Both the position numbers and the translations under genes were made by a program. DNA of 64,000 bases from an uncultured Bacteroidales bacterium (lineage in GTDB: Bacteria; Bacteroidota; Bacteroidia; Bacteroidales; UBA10428), in the NCBI GenBank assembly GCA_963781805.1, contig CAWAHF010000004.1:1242246-1306245 (forward strand). Direction: 5' to 3'. Positions 51,901 to 61,000 of this stretch are shown here, piece after piece; the first letter of the stretch is position 1; each line of letters begins with the position of its first letter. The notes under the pieces are model-generated. The model worked only from the letters and a program-made list of their open reading frames with translations. It was not told the DNA's origin and ran no database searches.

Positions 51901-54900
51901 GCTACTGAAGCCTGGTATAGAGGTTTCGGCACAACTGATCAAAAAATTCACCGATACTATTATGCTAAAGATATGGGATTTTCTGTAAGATGTATTAAAA
52001 CGAATTCTCCTCAACTATTGATTGATTCAGTCTATAACATTACAAAGACCTCGTCAAAAATAGACGCAAAAGTTTTGTCGGATGGCGGCGTAAATGTAAC
52101 TGAAAGAGGAATTTGTTATGGCTTAACACATAATCCCACCATACTTAGTGGTAAATTTATTTCAGGTAGTGGTGTCGGCTCATTTACTGTTTTGTTATCC
52201 GGATTAACAACAAATAGAACTTATTATGCAAGAGCTTATGCAATTAATAATTATGATACTGCATACAGTACTGAAATATCATTTATTTCCATAACAAAAC
52301 CAATTGTAACGACATCAAGTGTTTCCTCCCTTGCCAAAACAACTGCATTTGTTGGTGGTAATGTGACGGATGATGGAGGATCCACTATCCTTGAACGAGG
52401 GGTCTGTTATGGAATTACACCTCATCCGGTTTCGACAGGAAGTCATCTTGCAATCGGAACTGGTACAGGATCTTTTTCTGCAACTTTGTCCGGACTAAAT
52501 CCCAATAGAACCTATTACCTGAGAGCCTATGCAATGAATGTCAAAGGAGTCTCTTATGGTAGTGAATATACTTTTAAAACATTACCATTTTATCTGAAAG
52601 GTACTTTAACTGATTCCAGGGATAGCAAAATCTATTCAAAGATAAAAATTGGCGAGCAATGGTGGTTTGCCGAAAACTTAAATTTCGCAAGTGCAAATTC
52701 ATGGTGCTTTGAAAACAACACATCAAATTGCGACACATTAGGAAGATTGTATCTTTATACTGCATCGATTAACGTCTGTCCGACACATTGGCACCTGCCT
52801 TCCGATAATGAATGGAAGACGATGGAAACCGAATTGGGAATCATTAATCCCGATAATACAGGCTGGAGAGGAATTGATCAGGGTACACAGCTAAAGGATG
52901 AAGGATCTTCCGGATTTGATGTTCTTATGGGTGGTTTTAGAAACACAAGTGGCGATTTCGTAGAATATGGTACCAGTGGTACCTTCTGGACATCAACTTC
53001 TGCATCAACTAATGATGCCTGGTACAGAGGTTTTGGACTACCTGATGTCGGAGTTCACAGAGATATATTTGACAAAGGTTATAGTTTTTCAGTAAGATGC
53101 CTGAAAGATACATTACCGGTTGTATCTACTTCTACTATTGGTGTTGTTACGGATAGTTCTGTCGTTTGCGGAGGTGAAATCACCTATGATGGAGGTAAAA
53201 ATGTTATCGCTCGGGGTATTTGTATTGCTATAACAAGTAATCCTACAATAGCAAATGATACGACTAATAATGGAATAGGTATAGGTGCATTTGTAAGTTA
53301 TAAAAAAGGTCTCCTTCCAGGAACACATTATAATGTCAGGGCATATGCAACTAATAGCGAAGGCACATCTTACGGTTTACAAACAAGTTTTACCACTGCA
53401 ACAACCAAACCAAAAGTAATTACAACGGTTGCCAGCTCAATTACAGATAGCAGCGCTCATTCAGGTGGTAATGTGACATCGACTGGCGGAGCCTCTGTAA
53501 ATGCCAGGGGAATATGCTGGAGCACCAGTCCAAATCCTTTGGTCGAAACGAGCGACACCACACAAACTGGAACAGGTCCCGGAGTTTATACAAGTACTTT
53601 GAAAAATTTAGCACCAAATACTAAATATTATTACAGGGCTTATGCCACTAATAGTGCTGGATTGACAGGATATGGATTAGAATATAATTTTACAACTCTA
53701 ATTGGTTATCCTAAAGTAACCACAAGTATAATCACAACCATTACTGATTCTTCAGCTACCGGAGGTGGAAATGTTACGTCAACCGGAGGAGTCCCAGTCA
53801 TGGCCAGAGGTATTTGCTGGGGCCTGGCGGCTAATCCGACAATTATAAATGATTCCACAAATAATGGTACAGGTCCGGGAATATTCACAAGTCTGATGAA
53901 GAACCTGCAACCCAATAAAACATACTTTGTCAGAGCCTATGCAATAAATAGTAAAGGTCCGGCTTATGGAAATCAGGTATCTTTTACTACTTCTGCTGCA
54001 TTGCCGCAGGTTACAACTTCGGGCATAAGTGCTATCACATTTTCAACAGCTTCTGGTGGCGGAAATGTTTTATCTGACGGAGGAAGTGCCATTATGGCAA
54101 GAGGAGTATGTTGGTCGACCGGTATTACACCAACGATCTCGAATTCAAAAACAACAGATGGAGTAAGCACAGGAACTTTTGTCAGCTCAATTACCGGCCT
54201 TACAAGAAATACCAAATATTATGTTAGAGCCTACGCAACAAACAGCCTGAATACAGCCTATGGTGATACAATAAGTTTCCGGACAAAAGCAGAATTGCCT
54301 GAATTAACAACAACAGTCATTTCATCATTAACAGATAGCTCGGCTATTTCTGGCGGAACAATAACTGATAATGGAGGAGCCCCGATAGTATCTAAAGGTG
54401 TTTGTTGGAATACGACAGGAAATCCCACCATTACAAATGATACTACCCTGAATGGTTCGGGAAGCACAACATTTATCAGCAGCTTAAAAGGTTTAATCAG
54501 TTCAACTACCTATTACGTAAAAGCTTATGCACAAAACAGTGCAGGATATAATTACGGTAATGAAATCGTTTTCAAGACTCTTAATGAAACGGATACACTA
54601 AAGGATTTAAGAGACAATCAGAAATACCTGACCGTTAAAATTGGTACTAATTGGTGGATGGCACAGAATCTGAATTACAGGGATACAGGTACGGTTTATT
54701 ATAACAACGACAGTATAAACAATGCAATGAAATATGGCAGGTTATATACCTGGAGTTCCATGATGAAAGGCTCAGCTTCAAACGATTTGGTTCCAGGTAC
54801 TGTACAGGGAGTTTGCCCGACAGGTTGGCATATCCCCGGTAATACAGAATGGAATAATTTAATTACATCTCTGGGGGGATCAGCTACAGCAGGTTCTGTA

Positions 54901-55161
54901 TTAAAAGAAACTGGAAATTCAAACTGGACTACTTTAAATACTGATGCCACAAATGAAACAGGTTTCACAGCCAGGCCAGGTGGTATAGTGAATGGAAGTC
55001 TTGTATCAGGTGAAATTGGTTCAAGCGCTTATTACTGGACTTCAACAGAATCGAATGCAATAAATTCGTTTAGCAAAAAATTAGTAAATACGAATGGAAC
55101 AGTTACAGATACCTTATTACCTAAAAATAATCATGCCTCTGTCAGGTGTTTAAAGGACTAA
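48922..55161 (+). CDS. Giant (2079 aa) secreted repeat protein: five Fibrobacter-succinogenes-major-paralogous (FISUMP) domains interleaved with ~12 Ig/FN3-like repeats
   Basis: Signal peptide. Five recurrences of the hallmark D.RD...Y..V.IG.Q.W(M/F)AENLN… YG(R/K)LY.W…CP.GWHLPSD.EW…FSVRC motif (from ~49258, 50375, 51495, 52605, 54600). Intervening ~90-aa repeats of type …GG.VT.DGG…ARG.CWS…NPT…YY.RAYA.N…G. Confidence 0.85.
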   Translation: MAKHTISIKVYFILIFVLFLFHSNFDLNAQYLINGANKIHYENDSVILHVDNVRGSVQWQVSGDKLLWQDIAGETEVSLTMHIDSSAFYRAKITDGTCNPIYSDTVMVAQVYDNRDNQVYNAVRIGYQWWMAENLNFRITGNSWYYNNDSSIYANKYGRLYNWTGANASCPSDWHLPSDLEWIILEMKLGMNKLQADSIQWRGTDEGTKLKQQGTFNFNASLGGFRLAYQTFGYIESSGTFWTSTEYDENTAWYRGIGSEPKVHRLNYGKDLGFSVRCVRNSPPIVYSNTVTNLTTYAGTANGEIIVDGGAIVTARGFCWSTSPSPDVNNSHVSLSGSIGTFASMFSGLSKNTTYYLRAFASNSFGTYYGDNITFKTPLNSVPTVFTDKASSITMNSALIGGSVLDDGGSAIKSKGLCWDSLPSPDFSSVVISKGTGTAGFTSTLSGLKINHEYHVRAYAVNNVDTAYGEEVVFETLPINPLDTIIDNRDGKSYEIVKIGYQWWLSDNLDYFTPGGSWYYDGDSASNSSTFGKLYNWETALNACPSGWHLPSDDEWKILESEVGMNSSVLENTDWRGTNQGDQLKKNGTSGLDILLGGFKDTNDQFLYLNSSGTYWTSTSYSTDNAWYRGFGTEPTIHRFNFDKDMAFSVRCVRDNTPIIEAHILKDSTTRNSAVIQSEIIYDGGDVVSSSGLCWSIMPNPDLLANRINSGSGLGIFNTKITGLVPNNTYYVRAFAINKFDTAYSDNISFISIGKPVISTSPIVNITTTSAASGGNITDDGGASILSRGVCWNILPNPTIKNSKTSNGASIGIYTSSLSGLSPNTEYYLRAYARTAYDTVYGMERSFITSPTSQEDSIKDTRDGKMYNIVKIGDQWWFAENLNFASANSWCYENNPAYCDTFGKLYTWNAALNSCPFGWHLPRDNEFKTLERYLGMDSIAAEQIEWRGTDEGTRLKIGSPIGFNIEFGGFRLENSTFNYVNSSATLWTSDETSATEAWYRGFGTTDQKIHRYYYAKDMGFSVRCIKTNSPQLLIDSVYNITKTSSKIDAKVLSDGGVNVTERGICYGLTHNPTILSGKFISGSGVGSFTVLLSGLTTNRTYYARAYAINNYDTAYSTEISFISITKPIVTTSSVSSLAKTTAFVGGNVTDDGGSTILERGVCYGITPHPVSTGSHLAIGTGTGSFSATLSGLNPNRTYYLRAYAMNVKGVSYGSEYTFKTLPFYLKGTLTDSRDSKIYSKIKIGEQWWFAENLNFASANSWCFENNTSNCDTLGRLYLYTASINVCPTHWHLPSDNEWKTMETELGIINPDNTGWRGIDQGTQLKDEGSSGFDVLMGGFRNTSGDFVEYGTSGTFWTSTSASTNDAWYRGFGLPDVGVHRDIFDKGYSFSVRCLKDTLPVVSTSTIGVVTDSSVVCGGEITYDGGKNVIARGICIAITSNPTIANDTTNNGIGIGAFVSYKKGLLPGTHYNVRAYATNSEGTSYGLQTSFTTATTKPKVITTVASSITDSSAHSGGNVTSTGGASVNARGICWSTSPNPLVETSDTTQTGTGPGVYTSTLKNLAPNTKYYYRAYATNSAGLTGYGLEYNFTTLIGYPKVTTSIITTITDSSATGGGNVTSTGGVPVMARGICWGLAANPTIINDSTNNGTGPGIFTSLMKNLQPNKTYFVRAYAINSKGPAYGNQVSFTTSAALPQVTTSGISAITFSTASGGGNVLSDGGSAIMARGVCWSTGITPTISNSKTTDGVSTGTFVSSITGLTRNTKYYVRAYATNSLNTAYGDTISFRTKAELPELTTTVISSLTDSSAISGGTITDNGGAPIVSKGVCWNTTGNPTITNDTTLNGSGSTTFISSLKGLISSTTYYVKAYAQNSAGYNYGNEIVFKTLNETDTLKDLRDNQKYLTVKIGTNWWMAQNLNYRDTGTVYYNNDSINNAMKYGRLYTWSSMMKGSASNDLVPGTVQGVCPTGWHIPGNTEWNNLITSLGGSATAGSVLKETGNSNWTTLNTDATNETGFTARPGGIVNGSLVSGEIGSSAYYWTSTESNAINSFSKKLVNTNGTVTDTLLPKNNHASVRCLKD

Positions 55162-55205
55162 AAAGGATTTCTGATACTAAATAATTACATGTATTTAAAC
55201 AAAAA

Positions 55206-55231
55206 ATGCCGCAAAAAGCGGCATTTTTTAT
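55206..55231. terminator. Bidirectional rho-independent terminator between the convergent giant gene and the DUF1987 gene
   Basis: atgccgc-aaaaa-gcggcat perfect 7-bp hairpin flanked by A-run and T-run (aaaaaatgccgcaaaaagcggcatttttta). Confidence 0.75.
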
Positions 55232-55245
55232 ATTTTCATTTATTA

Positions 55246-55626
55246 CTAATCTACAATTTCAATCATTTTAAACGGTACCCTGATAATTGATTCATAATCT
55301 TCACCTGCTTCAAGCATATCTTCATCATCTTCTTCATAATACCAGTTAATTAAAACATCATGGTTTGATTTATGAATAGCCTCCAGCTTTTTAAAGACAT
55401 CTAATATACACTTTGAAGAGCTGGTATTAAAATATTCCAATTGAACATTAACAAGGGTTTTTTGCATCGGGCTGTTGGAATAATCTTCCAACCAGTCAAC
55501 GAGTGGCTTGTAGAATTCGATTGAATTTTCCGGGATTGACCGCCCTTTAATCTCAATCACTCCTTTCTCGGGATCATACTTCACTGACGGGGTTTTCGGT
55601 GTTCCTTCAATCAAAATTGGTTCCAT
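55246..55626 (-). CDS. DUF1987 (SiaC-like) protein, putative phospho-acceptor partner of the adjacent kinase
   Basis: 126 aa. Pattern …IEIKGRSIPENSIEFYKPLVDWLEDY…EYFNTSSSK… shared with the second paralogue at 60443..60826. Confidence 0.65.
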   Translation of the reverse strand: MEPILIEGTPKTPSVKYDPEKGVIEIKGRSIPENSIEFYKPLVDWLEDYSNSPMQKTLVNVQLEYFNTSSSKCILDVFKKLEAIHKSNHDVLINWYYEEDDEDMLEAGEDYESIIRVPFKMIEIVD

Positions 55627-55653
55627 ACTTTCAATTTATTTTATTGATTGATT

Positions 55654-56199
55654 TTAAATTTTTATCTCAAGATTAAAAAAATAATAGTTATCGTTATAGT
55701 TGAAAAAAGAATAATTCAGTTTGCTTCCTGTTTTTCTGGCTATATCAACAAGACCGAGTCCTCCACCTCCTTTTGCAGAAAGTTTTTGATGATTGAGGAT
55801 AAACTTATACATATCCTTTAACTCATCTTTATTGAGAGAATTAATCTTATCGATCTTCTCTTTAAGGTATTTAATTTTAGATGAATTAATAAAATTTCCA
55901 GTTGTAACACTATATTCACCTCCATTACGCGTAATGACCAACACACCAAATTTAGGATCGAGATCCTCTTCAATTCCTTCGTGTGTTTCTTCTATATGGT
56001 GATATAGATTCTGAAGGCTTTCCACAAGAACATTATAAATTTTCTTGCGTGTCTTTCCTTCTTCATTAACATCATCCAGTTTCTTTTCAACGGCATCGAG
56101 TACATCGTTAATTAAGTCGGATGTAATACTTCCTTTGTAGGCTATTACTACATCTCCTTTGCTTAGTTCATCAAAGTACTCTCGTATGTTAAAACTCAT
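55654..56199 (-). CDS. SiaB-like serine/threonine kinase of the GHKL/anti-sigma-factor ATPase fold
   Basis: 181 aa with C-terminal G-box KGGGGLGLVDIARK (HATPase_c G2-like). Immediately upstream of the DUF1987 gene (27-bp gap). Confidence 0.55.
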   Translation of the reverse strand: MSFNIREYFDELSKGDVVIAYKGSITSDLINDVLDAVEKKLDDVNEEGKTRKKIYNVLVESLQNLYHHIEETHEGIEEDLDPKFGVLVITRNGGEYSVTTGNFINSSKIKYLKEKIDKINSLNKDELKDMYKFILNHQKLSAKGGGGLGLVDIARKTGSKLNYSFFNYNDNYYFFNLEIKI

Positions 56200-56430
56200 A
56201 AAGGGTTATATTAGCTTATCCAACAAATTAGTTTACATTTTTTTAACCCCAACAAATATATAAAAAATATTGTCTATAGAAAATTAACTAATAAAGTTAA
56301 AATGCTTTTTGTTTTAAAAGATTCATTTTCCTTTTTAAATATAGCTAAAAAATCAAAATAAATATATTTTTAGTCAGGATTAAATTTTTTTTCATCTACA
56401 TAATCCTAATACGTATGATTCACATTAATT

Positions 56431-57594
56431 TCAAAAATTATTTGATGAATCATCAGATTGCTTTCTTGAACCTTTATAAATCTCATATTTATGATATTTA
56501 CATTCCAGAGGTCCGTTGAATAATGTAAGTTTTTGTGATGTCCTCAAACCTATTTTTTTCATGGCTTCTTTATCACTTGAAATGATCCAAACATCGTATC
56601 CGTTAAAATTCTTTTTAAGCGCATCGCCTATGCGGTTATACAACGGGATTAATTCAGTTTGGTTCATTCGTTCACCATAGGGTGGATTAATAATTGCCAA
56701 TCCGCCATTCTGCGGAGGAATATAATCGTCGATTGATTTACATGAAATTGTAATTTTTTTCCCAAGCATAGCATTTAAGATGTTTCTCCCGGCAGATTCC
56801 ACCGATTTTTTTGATATATCGGCTCCGGTAACAGATATCTTATCGTTCCTTATTTCTTCATTTTCTTCAACCAACTGCTCAAAAAGATTTCCATCAAAAT
56901 CCGGCCATTTTTCAAAACCAAACGACTTGCGAAAAATACCAGGTGGAATATTAAAAGCAATCATAGCTGCCTCGATAAGCAGTGTACCGGAACCGCACAT
57001 GGGATCTACAAAATTTGTATTTCCGTTCCATCCCGATAATTTTATCATGCCCGCAGCCAATACTTCACTCAGGGGGGCTAATCCCTGAGATACCCTGTAT
57101 CCCCTTTTATGCAGAGAATCTCCTGAACTATCAAGAGAGACAATCAAATCATCATTTGCAATGTGCACATTTATTTTTAACGTTGGATTTTCATTATTTA
57201 CAGATGGACGTTTTCCGGTTTCATCCCTGAATTGATCCACAACAGCATCTTTAGCCTTTTGTGATACAAACATGGAATTATTAAAAAAAGTAGATGCAAC
57301 CACACTTTCGACGGACAGTGTATGTTTATTTTCCATATAATCCTGCCATCGAATTGATCTGACGGCATTATACAATTGAACCTCGTTCCTGGCTTTGGTT
57401 TGAATTAAAGGTATAAGAATTCGCAAGGCAGTGCGTAAATAGTAATTTGCGCGATACATTAATTCGGTTGTACCCATAAATGAAACCGCCCTGTTCAATA
57501 CAACAATGTTTTCTGCACCAATCTGCTCAAGTTCCTTTGCCAGAACTTTTTCCAACCCTCTAAAGGTTTTTGCTATCATTTCGAATTTTTTCAT
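56431..57594 (-). CDS. THUMP-domain class-I SAM-dependent RNA methyltransferase (RlmL / COG0116-like)
   Basis: NPPYGER (N6-adenine/N2-guanine MTase motif IV). SAM-binding VDPMCGSGTLLIEAA. 387 aa. Confidence 0.8.
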   Translation of the reverse strand: MKKFEMIAKTFRGLEKVLAKELEQIGAENIVVLNRAVSFMGTTELMYRANYYLRTALRILIPLIQTKARNEVQLYNAVRSIRWQDYMENKHTLSVESVVASTFFNNSMFVSQKAKDAVVDQFRDETGKRPSVNNENPTLKINVHIANDDLIVSLDSSGDSLHKRGYRVSQGLAPLSEVLAAGMIKLSGWNGNTNFVDPMCGSGTLLIEAAMIAFNIPPGIFRKSFGFEKWPDFDGNLFEQLVEENEEIRNDKISVTGADISKKSVESAGRNILNAMLGKKITISCKSIDDYIPPQNGGLAIINPPYGERMNQTELIPLYNRIGDALKKNFNGYDVWIISSDKEAMKKIGLRTSQKLTLFNGPLECKYHKYEIYKGSRKQSDDSSNNF

Positions 57595-58157
57595 TCTCTA
57601 TTTTTAGACTTTCTTCTGATTAATTCATTAATGATTTCTTTTGCAGATTCAAACCTTCGGGTTCCAACTATTATTTTGTATGCACATTGATACCTTTCCA
57701 ATTGTTTCCGGTACTCTTCAAACAACCATTCTCTCATTTCTCCTCCATTTTCTCTTATTCCGTCAGGAATCCAGGGAATATCAGGAGCACAGAGAAGAAA
57801 TAAATCAATGTTATTAGAAATTATCACATTTTCAATCCAGCCAGGACATTCTTTATATACTACCTCAAACCAGACTTTCGTAATTAGAAGATATGTATCG
57901 TAGAATAAAATCTCTTTTGAAGTATTTACATATTCTTTTTCAAGTTCCAGTTGTCTGTTGGCTATATGAATAACATCTTCATACGTATATTTTTTTTTCA
58001 AATTTTGTACATATTCCCTGGCATATTCAGGAATAAACATAACACCATAATGCTTTGCCAAACGCTCGCATAGAACTGTTTTCCCTGTAGATTCAGGGCC
58101 GGTAACAACAATTCTAATCAACTGTTTATCAACTGCTTTTCCCATTCTTTGTGCCAT
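57591..58157 (-). CDS. AAA_28 / NadR-C-terminal-like kinase (ribosylnicotinamide kinase-like ATPase)
   Basis: P-loop GPESTGKTVLCERLA. Overlaps the upstream pnuC by 40 bp, matching the pnuC-nadR(RNK) arrangement. Confidence 0.7.
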   Translation of the reverse strand: MAQRMGKAVDKQLIRIVVTGPESTGKTVLCERLAKHYGVMFIPEYAREYVQNLKKKYTYEDVIHIANRQLELEKEYVNTSKEILFYDTYLLITKVWFEVVYKECPGWIENVIISNNIDLFLLCAPDIPWIPDGIRENGGEMREWLFEEYRKQLERYQCAYKIIVGTRRFESAKEIINELIRRKSKNRE

Positions 58158-58729
58158 TCAATAAAACCTGTAACCGATAAAATAGTATACACCAGGAATA
58201 GTGTAATTGAAGGGTAGAGACCTTTGTATAGATATAATCCAACCGAAACACTATCAACGACAATCCACACTATCCAATGCTCCATATATTTCTGAGTTAA
58301 CATCCATGTGGCAGTAATGCTAAGCGCCGTAGTAAATGAGTCCCAGTATGGAATAGTGCTAGGGGTGTAATTTTTCAGAATAAATAAAATTACGAGATAA
58401 AAAATCAGTGTAATAAGAAAAAGATACATTCCAAGTTTAAATCCTGTTTTTTTTATCGGAAGTTCTGATTTCCCGTTATTCCCGGATTTGCCATAATACC
58501 AGTGATACCATCCGTAAAAACCGATAACAACATAGTATACATAAAGACCCATATCGGCATAAATACCGGAGATATAAAAAACATATACAAATATTGCGGA
58601 TGAAACAATTCCATATGGCCAAAGAAGAATGTTTCGATCGACAGTATATATAATATATAATAAACCTGTGATAGTAGCCAGAATTTCGGGCGAACGACTA
58701 TAAATCCAAAGAAATGCCTCTGCAAGCAT
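58118..58729 (-). CDS. pnuC: Nicotinamide riboside transporter PnuC
   Basis: 203 aa, ~7 TM helices. Trp-rich PnuC motifs (…WIYSRSPEILATITGLLYI…YGWYHWY…). Confidence 0.8.
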   Translation of the reverse strand: MLAEAFLWIYSRSPEILATITGLLYIIYTVDRNILLWPYGIVSSAIFVYVFYISGIYADMGLYVYYVVIGFYGWYHWYYGKSGNNGKSELPIKKTGFKLGMYLFLITLIFYLVILFILKNYTPSTIPYWDSFTTALSITATWMLTQKYMEHWIVWIVVDSVSVGLYLYKGLYPSITLFLVYTILSVTGFIEWHKEWEKQLINS

Positions 58730-58755
58730 TTAGTTCGAATAAACTAATTTGAAAA

Positions 58756-60354
58756 TCATTTACTTTTTTGTAGTACGGTTTGATACTTATCCCAATTCTC
58801 AAGCACATCAAGTGCCTTCAAAAATTTCGGATCAGTATTATTGACCACCTCATAAAATTCGTTTGTGCTCCATAAATCTCTTGCTATGTATGCCTTCATC
58901 AGATGCTTTATTTGAGCACCCGAAATTGAAAGATCTTTATCCAAAGGTTTAACACCCTCCTTTTTTGCATATTCTACAAAATTTTGAAGAAGTTTAGGTG
59001 AGATTGTATAGTTTGTTACATATTTTTCAATGGATGGATACTCATTCATAATTAGGTTTCTGTTTTCATCAACATAATTAAGGATATATTCATTCAAAAT
59101 ACCTTTTCTTAAAATATCACGATAAAAATCAGAATAATAGGTCGTATCAATTGGAATAAATATATCAGGCATAATTCCTCCGCCTCCATATACAACACGA
59201 GATCTAACAAGTGTATGATATTTCAAAGAATCGGGAAAATGAATACTGTCTTTGTTCATCAATTCCCCGCTATTATAACGGTTTATAATATCTCTGTCGT
59301 ATTCATCTTTATCTATCTGGTTATACGGTTTCTGAATTAACCTCCCTGTAGGAGTGTAATAACGGGCGATTGTCAACCTTACCATAGATCCGTCAGACAC
59401 CATAAGTGGTTTCTGAACCAACCCCTTTCCAAAAGATCTTCTCCCCACTATTATACCTCTGTCCCAATCCTGAATGGCACCTGTAACAATTTCGCTTGCA
59501 GATGCAGTGCCTTCATCAATCAATATTATGAGGTTGCCTTTTTCAAACATTCCTTTACCTGTTGCGTTATATTCCCGTTTAGGGCTGTGTAAACCTTCCG
59601 TATAGACTATAAGCCTGTTATTGTCTAAAAATTCATTGGCAAGTTCAAAAGCAACCTCCAGATACCCGCCTCCATTTCCTGTAAGATCAAGGATAAGATT
59701 ATCAACACCTTCAGATTGAAGATTTAAAAGAGCTTCTTTAAACTCTTCCATAGTTGTCATTGAAAAACGGTTGAGTTTGATATACCCGATATTATCTCTA
59801 ACTTTATAGGATGCATCCACACTGAATATCGGAATTTTATCCCGGGTGATATTAAAATCGAGCAATTCTTTTACGTTTCTTCTTTTAACCGAGACGATAA
59901 CCTGAGTCCCTTTTTTACCACGGAGCAAAGCAAAAACATCGTTGTTGGTTATTCCAATTCCGGCAACATTTTTTCCATCAACTTTCACTATTCTGTCTCC
60001 CGCAAGCAATCCAACTTTTTCAGAAGGTCCCCCTGAAATTGGAGAGATTACAAAAATTGTATCATCAAGGATATTAAACGATATTCCGATGCCCTCAAAA
60101 TTCCCCTGCAAAGGTTCATTCATTTCTTTAACCTCATCCTTTGACAAATAGGAAGAGTGTGGGTCGAGACTTCTTAACATATGAATAATCGCATTTTCTA
60201 CAAGCTTTTCTTCATTTACCGAATCTACATAGTATGAATTCAACCATTCCAAAACCTGTCCGAATTTAAAAGCCTGCTCAAAATGCACTTGCGCATTTGT
60301 TGGCAACTGCAGTAATGCAATAAAAAGTAAAAATACATATGCAACTCTCTTCAT
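58756..60354 (-). CDS. S41 family C-terminal processing peptidase (tail-specific protease)
   Basis: Signal peptide. PDZ region. S41 catalytic blocks (…GTASASEIVTGAIQD…GKGLVQ…). Confidence 0.8.
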   Translation of the reverse strand: MKRVAYVFLLFIALLQLPTNAQVHFEQAFKFGQVLEWLNSYYVDSVNEEKLVENAIIHMLRSLDPHSSYLSKDEVKEMNEPLQGNFEGIGISFNILDDTIFVISPISGGPSEKVGLLAGDRIVKVDGKNVAGIGITNNDVFALLRGKKGTQVIVSVKRRNVKELLDFNITRDKIPIFSVDASYKVRDNIGYIKLNRFSMTTMEEFKEALLNLQSEGVDNLILDLTGNGGGYLEVAFELANEFLDNNRLIVYTEGLHSPKREYNATGKGMFEKGNLIILIDEGTASASEIVTGAIQDWDRGIIVGRRSFGKGLVQKPLMVSDGSMVRLTIARYYTPTGRLIQKPYNQIDKDEYDRDIINRYNSGELMNKDSIHFPDSLKYHTLVRSRVVYGGGGIMPDIFIPIDTTYYSDFYRDILRKGILNEYILNYVDENRNLIMNEYPSIEKYVTNYTISPKLLQNFVEYAKKEGVKPLDKDLSISGAQIKHLMKAYIARDLWSTNEFYEVVNNTDPKFLKALDVLENWDKYQTVLQKSK

Positions 60355-60442
60355 AATAAATAAGAGATTAAATGATTAAAATAAATAGCGAGTCGATTTA
60401 TTGCCTGATTTATAAGGTTATTTTGAGGATGAAGTTTTAAAA

Positions 60443-60826
60443 CTATGACGAAATAAAATTAAATTTTATCCCAACAAGGTCAGCCAAATCCTGACCAGCC
60501 TCTTTTAGCAATTCATCGTCTTTTTCATAATGCCAGTCAATGATTGTCTGTACCCCTTTATTATTAATATTTGCGATTCTGGTAAAAATTTCGTGAATAT
60601 ATTTCATTGAACTGGAATTATAATAAGCAAATTTCATCGATACCTTAAAGGGTTTTGAAATCATATCTGCACCGGCTTCATAATCTTCCAGCCATTGAAT
60701 GATTGGTTTATAAAATTCATGTACATTCTCAGGAAGAGAAGAACCAGATATACTAAATATGTTTTCATCCGGATCGAAAGTTACTTTTGGTGTCAATTTA
60801 CCTGCTTTAATATCGATTCTTTTCAT
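60443..60826 (-). CDS. DUF1987 (SiaC-like) protein, second paralogue
   Basis: 127 aa, colinear with the 55246..55626 product (…ISGSSLPENVHEFYKPIIQWLEDY…AYYNSSSMK…). Confidence 0.65.
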   Translation of the reverse strand: MKRIDIKAGKLTPKVTFDPDENIFSISGSSLPENVHEFYKPIIQWLEDYEAGADMISKPFKVSMKFAYYNSSSMKYIHEIFTRIANINNKGVQTIIDWHYEKDDELLKEAGQDLADLVGIKFNFISS

Positions 60827-61000
60827 TAAGTCATTAAATTTTGAAGTACAAAGTTATAACACAATAAATTATTAACTAATCACAAATATAACTATTTTCA
60901 AAAAGTTAATATCATTTTAATCCTTCATTTAACCAAAGTTTATTATACCTGCCTGCAATACATACAATTAAAATCAGAGTTTATTGAAGGCACATTATAT

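Noticed and set aside
49331-54968. Multiple 60-90-aa minus-strand ORFs inside the giant FISUMP gene
   Set aside because: They are antisense to a continuous 2079-codon ORF with strong repeated protein motifs; they lack any signature.
58453-58725. 90-aa alternative-frame ORF within pnuC
   Set aside because: It is on the same strand in a different frame of a well-supported PnuC coding region, so it is spurious.
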